33,865 bases of DNA from a virus: IMG/VR virus record IMGVR_UViG_3300025706_000015; one strand, 5' to 3'. A program made the translations under genes and the position numbers. Below the pieces are notes generated by a model. It was not told the DNA's origin and made no database searches. It saw only the letters and a program-made list of their open reading frames with translations. This document shows, in pieces, positions 31,745 to 33,865 of the stretch (position 1 is its first letter; each line of letters begins with the position of its first letter).

Positions 31745-33865
31745 TTACCCTCTTAAAGCCCCTATTTGTGTCATGTCCAGGCCTTGCGCCCGTAGTGCGT
31801 CGCGTATCTGCTTTGCCATGTCTACTGCGTCGCCCTGGGTAAACTGGCCGCGCCCCTCGTATTTAATCGTAAGGTTAAAGTCGCCGCCGCCGTTACCGCC
31901 TGGTGCGTTCGCTAGCATACTCTGGGTGTTTCGGTTGCTAACAACCTCTGCGCCCGCTGGTAGCCAAACGTTTTCTTTACCGTTCTCGCCCACCGTAGCC
32001 CAACCGCCCTGCGTTACCTGGCCACCTGTATACAATCGTGGCAATGTTCCTAGCTGCGGTACGCCTGGTAGCTTGCCCGCCGTATTGTTAATGCCGCGTA
32101 TAAAGTCGTTAATCTTGTCAATAACCCAGTTCAAGGCGCTTTTAATTCCGTTTGTAATGCCGTCAAATACGCCGCTTACGCCGTTCCTAATGCCGTTGGC
32201 AATGTTGCTAATAAAGCCGCTAATGCGTCCCCACATACCAGAGAAAAAGCCAACTACGCCGTCAATGGCTGCGCCAAAGGCGTTACGTATGTTATTTATA
32301 ATCGGGCTAATAAAGCCCCATATTGCACTAAACACGCTTACCGCTACATTGCGTACGTTATTAAATACGTTGCCAATAAAGTTGCCTACGGTCTGTATGC
32401 CGCTGCCTATCGCGTCAAATATCGGGCTAATTTTCGCCCAAATTGCGTCCCATACCACTATTACAATGCCGCGTATAACGGCAAACACGTAGCTAAATAT
32501 ACTCATAATTATATTTATGCCTGTACTAACCACGTTAAACCAGAATTGAAAATACCCTACCAAAAAGTTAATTACTGGCTGGGCTACTGCCATTACCGCG
32601 TTAAATGCGCCCGTAAGCACTGTGCCAATCAGGTTGGCCACCCAGGTAATCGCGCCCACAATTCCCTGCCATGCGCTAATCATAAAGTTTACATACCCTG
32701 TAAATACCTGTATCAGTACGTTAATCACGTTCACAAGTAGCCATACCGCCCCAACTACTACGCCGCCAATAATTGCGCCAATCACTTGTAGCGCTGGCAA
32801 TAGCACTGGGCTTAAAAAGTTCCATAGTCGCTGCAACGTCGGTAATAGGTTTGTGGTTATGGTATTCCAAAGCGCCTCAAAGCTAGGCCGCAAAAACTCA
32901 ATGGCCTTTTTAACTACGTCTATGCCCGTTGCAAGTGCGCCCTTTAAAAAGTTGCCCACGTTCGTTAGCACTGGCTGTATAGCTTTCATTACGTTACCCC
33001 AACCGCCCATGCTTTCTACAAGCTTTTGTATTCCTAGTGCCACAAGTGCGCCTGCTGCCATAAATGGTAGCAATGGTGCTAATGTTGCCCAAACGCTTGC
33101 CGCAAGGCTAGCAAAGGCTGGTACAAGCGCGCCCAGTATCACGCCTGCAATAACGGGTGCGTTGTCGCCTATCCACTTAAACATTGTCTGTATGCCCGCT
33201 ACAATGCTGTCTTTGTTCGCGCTTATCCAGTCGCCTACGCTTTTCATAGCGTTTTTAATAATTTCAAACATACCGCTTTTAGTTACAATATCTGCCATTG
33301 CAATAGTTACGGTGTCCTGTAGGTTCGCCCAAATCTGGTTAAACCCGCCTGCCTGGTTAGCAAATGCGTCTGCAAAACGGCCGCCCGCTGCGCCCGCCTG
33401 GTTAAACATTTGTTCAAGCATACTAAACGTTACGCCGCCGCCGCTAATAAAGTCCTCTAGCGCCTGCCCTGTCTTGCCCGTTGCCTGGCTTAACATCTCA
33501 AAAATAGGTATACCTGCAAAGGCAAACTGGCGTACGTCCATCATGGTTGCCCGCCCAGTCGCGCCAATCTGCTGCAAGTTCACAATAATGCGGTCTAGTT
33601 CAGGTTGTCCTTTGCCCATTGCCGTAAGTGCTTTACCTACGTTCATAAGTAGGTTTTCACTCTGGCCTGCATTTTTCGTAACGCTGGTAAGTAACTGGTT
33701 GGCCGCAATCAGGCCTGGTAGTTCAAATGGTGTGTTAGCTGCGTCGCGCTTAATCATTGCTATAGCGTCGTCCGCTGCCTTTGCGCTGCCCAATAGCGTA
33801 ATAAACCCTGCGCGGCTAGCCTCAAGGTCGCCTGCTATCTTTGCGCCTGCGCCAACAAAAGTAGC
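31745..33865 (-). CDS. Tape measure protein (main part; N-terminus continues at 271..128 across the circular junction)
   Basis: ..AMIKRDAANTPFELPGLIAANQLL...MDVRQFAFAGIPIFEML.. is a tape-measure core. A long run of hydrophobic G/A/V/I repeats follows. There is no stop between 33793 and the window end. Confidence 0.9.
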   Translation of the reverse strand, partial: ATFVGAGAKIAGDLEASRAGFITLLGSAKAADDAIAMIKRDAANTPFELPGLIAANQLLTSVTKNAGQSENLLMNVGKALTAMGKGQPELDRIIVNLQQIGATGRATMMDVRQFAFAGIPIFEMLSQATGKTGQALEDFISGGGVTFSMLEQMFNQAGAAGGRFADAFANQAGGFNQIWANLQDTVTIAMADIVTKSGMFEIIKNAMKSVGDWISANKDSIVAGIQTMFKWIGDNAPVIAGVILGALVPAFASLAASVWATLAPLLPFMAAGALVALGIQKLVESMGGWGNVMKAIQPVLTNVGNFLKGALATGIDVVKKAIEFLRPSFEALWNTITTNLLPTLQRLWNFLSPVLLPALQVIGAIIGGVVVGAVWLLVNVINVLIQVFTGYVNFMISAWQGIVGAITWVANLIGTVLTGAFNAVMAVAQPVINFLVGYFQFWFNVVSTGINIIMSIFSYVFAVIRGIVIVVWDAIWAKISPIFDAIGSGIQTVGNFIGNVFNNVRNVAVSVFSAIWGFISPIINNIRNAFGAAIDGVVGFFSGMWGRISGFISNIANGIRNGVSGVFDGITNGIKSALNWVIDKINDFIRGINNTAGKLPGVPQLGTLPRLYTGGQVTQGGWATVGENGKENVWLPAGAEVVSNRNTQSMLANAPGGNGGGDFNLTIKYEGRGQFTQGDAVDMAKQIRDALRAQGLDMTQIGALRG
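33739..33865. repeat. Terminal direct repeat copy 2 (identical to 1..127)
   Basis: Exact 127-nt duplicate of the window start. Confidence 0.95.

Noticed and set aside
156-32740. Dozens of long + strand ORFs in the track (for example 4860..5525, 8058..8717, 26668..27264, 31773..32492).
   Set aside because: All are antisense to strongly supported minus-strand genes, and none has an SD-like element. Their translations contain essentially no Asp or Glu. This is the predicted artefact of the GA exclusion: no TGA stops and no GAN codons on this strand. They are compositional ghosts, not genes.
1-33865. GA/TC absence as a sequencing, base-modification or chemical-deamination artefact.
   Set aside because: C-to-T conversion at TC would turn Ser TCN into Phe/Leu and create stops. 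Instead, all ORFs are intact, conserved motifs are normal, and Ser is present at usable frequency but encoded by AGY. The exact 127-nt overlap points to a short-read de Bruijn assembly, not error-prone long reads. A synthetic or recoded origin cannot be excluded from the sequence alone.
1-33865. Symmetric restriction-site avoidance (for example GATC, TCGA, GANTC) as the sole explanation of the GA depletion.
   Set aside because: Palindrome avoidance would deplete GA and TC equally on each strand and only within those sites. Here all GA contexts are lost on one strand, while TC on that same strand is abundant.
1-33865. tRNA genes, CRISPR arrays, integrase/attP, transposases, toxin-antitoxin pairs.
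   Set aside because: No cloverleaf-like sequence was seen; a GTTCRA T-loop would need TC or GA, and the few GA sites are not in such contexts. There are no spaced direct repeats, and no recombinase-like or transposase-like ORFs. The only repeats are the assembly overlap and the LysM domain repeats.

Overview
The window is a complete, circularly closed genome of a tailed dsDNA phage. It is siphovirus-like with an HK97-type head module, and is about 33,738 bp unique plus a 127-nt identical overlap at both ends. All roughly 58 credible genes lie on the minus strand. In transcription order they run: two short early genes flanked by terminator-bounded non-coding units (23,780-22,130); an early/recombination module (Rad52-like annealase, PD-(D/E)XK nucleases, SSB-like protein with an IPF tail, RusA-like resolvase, SprT-like protease, RHH/HTH regulators, SLT transglycosylase); small and large terminase; portal; MuF-like protein; prohead protease; HK97 major capsid; connector and neck proteins; major tail; G/GT chaperone pair; a tape measure gene that wraps across the window ends; distal tail and receptor-binding genes; and a lysis cassette (DUF1906/GH25-like endolysin with 3 LysM, holin-like proteins). 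No tRNA, CRISPR array, integrase, repressor, DNA polymerase, primase or helicase was seen. The headline anomaly is compositional. On the given strand, G is almost never followed by A: I counted 38 GA in 33.9 kb by eye, while TC is ordinary. So the sense strand and every mRNA are essentially free of 5'-TC-3', in coding and non-coding DNA alike. Serine is recoded to AGY and T|C codon junctions are avoided. CCGG also appears to be completely absent. Other notable points: a start-less MuF-like ORF reachable only by a -1 shift on an A10 run at the portal 3' end; a canonical CCCAAAA chaperone frameshift; a 10-nt motif (GGAACAACGA) present in 10 exact copies at early-gene initiation regions and in hairpin loops; and two about 135-140-nt terminator-bounded ncRNA candidates. 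Coordinates of small RNA and DNA signals may be off by 1-2 nt, because everything was read by eye.
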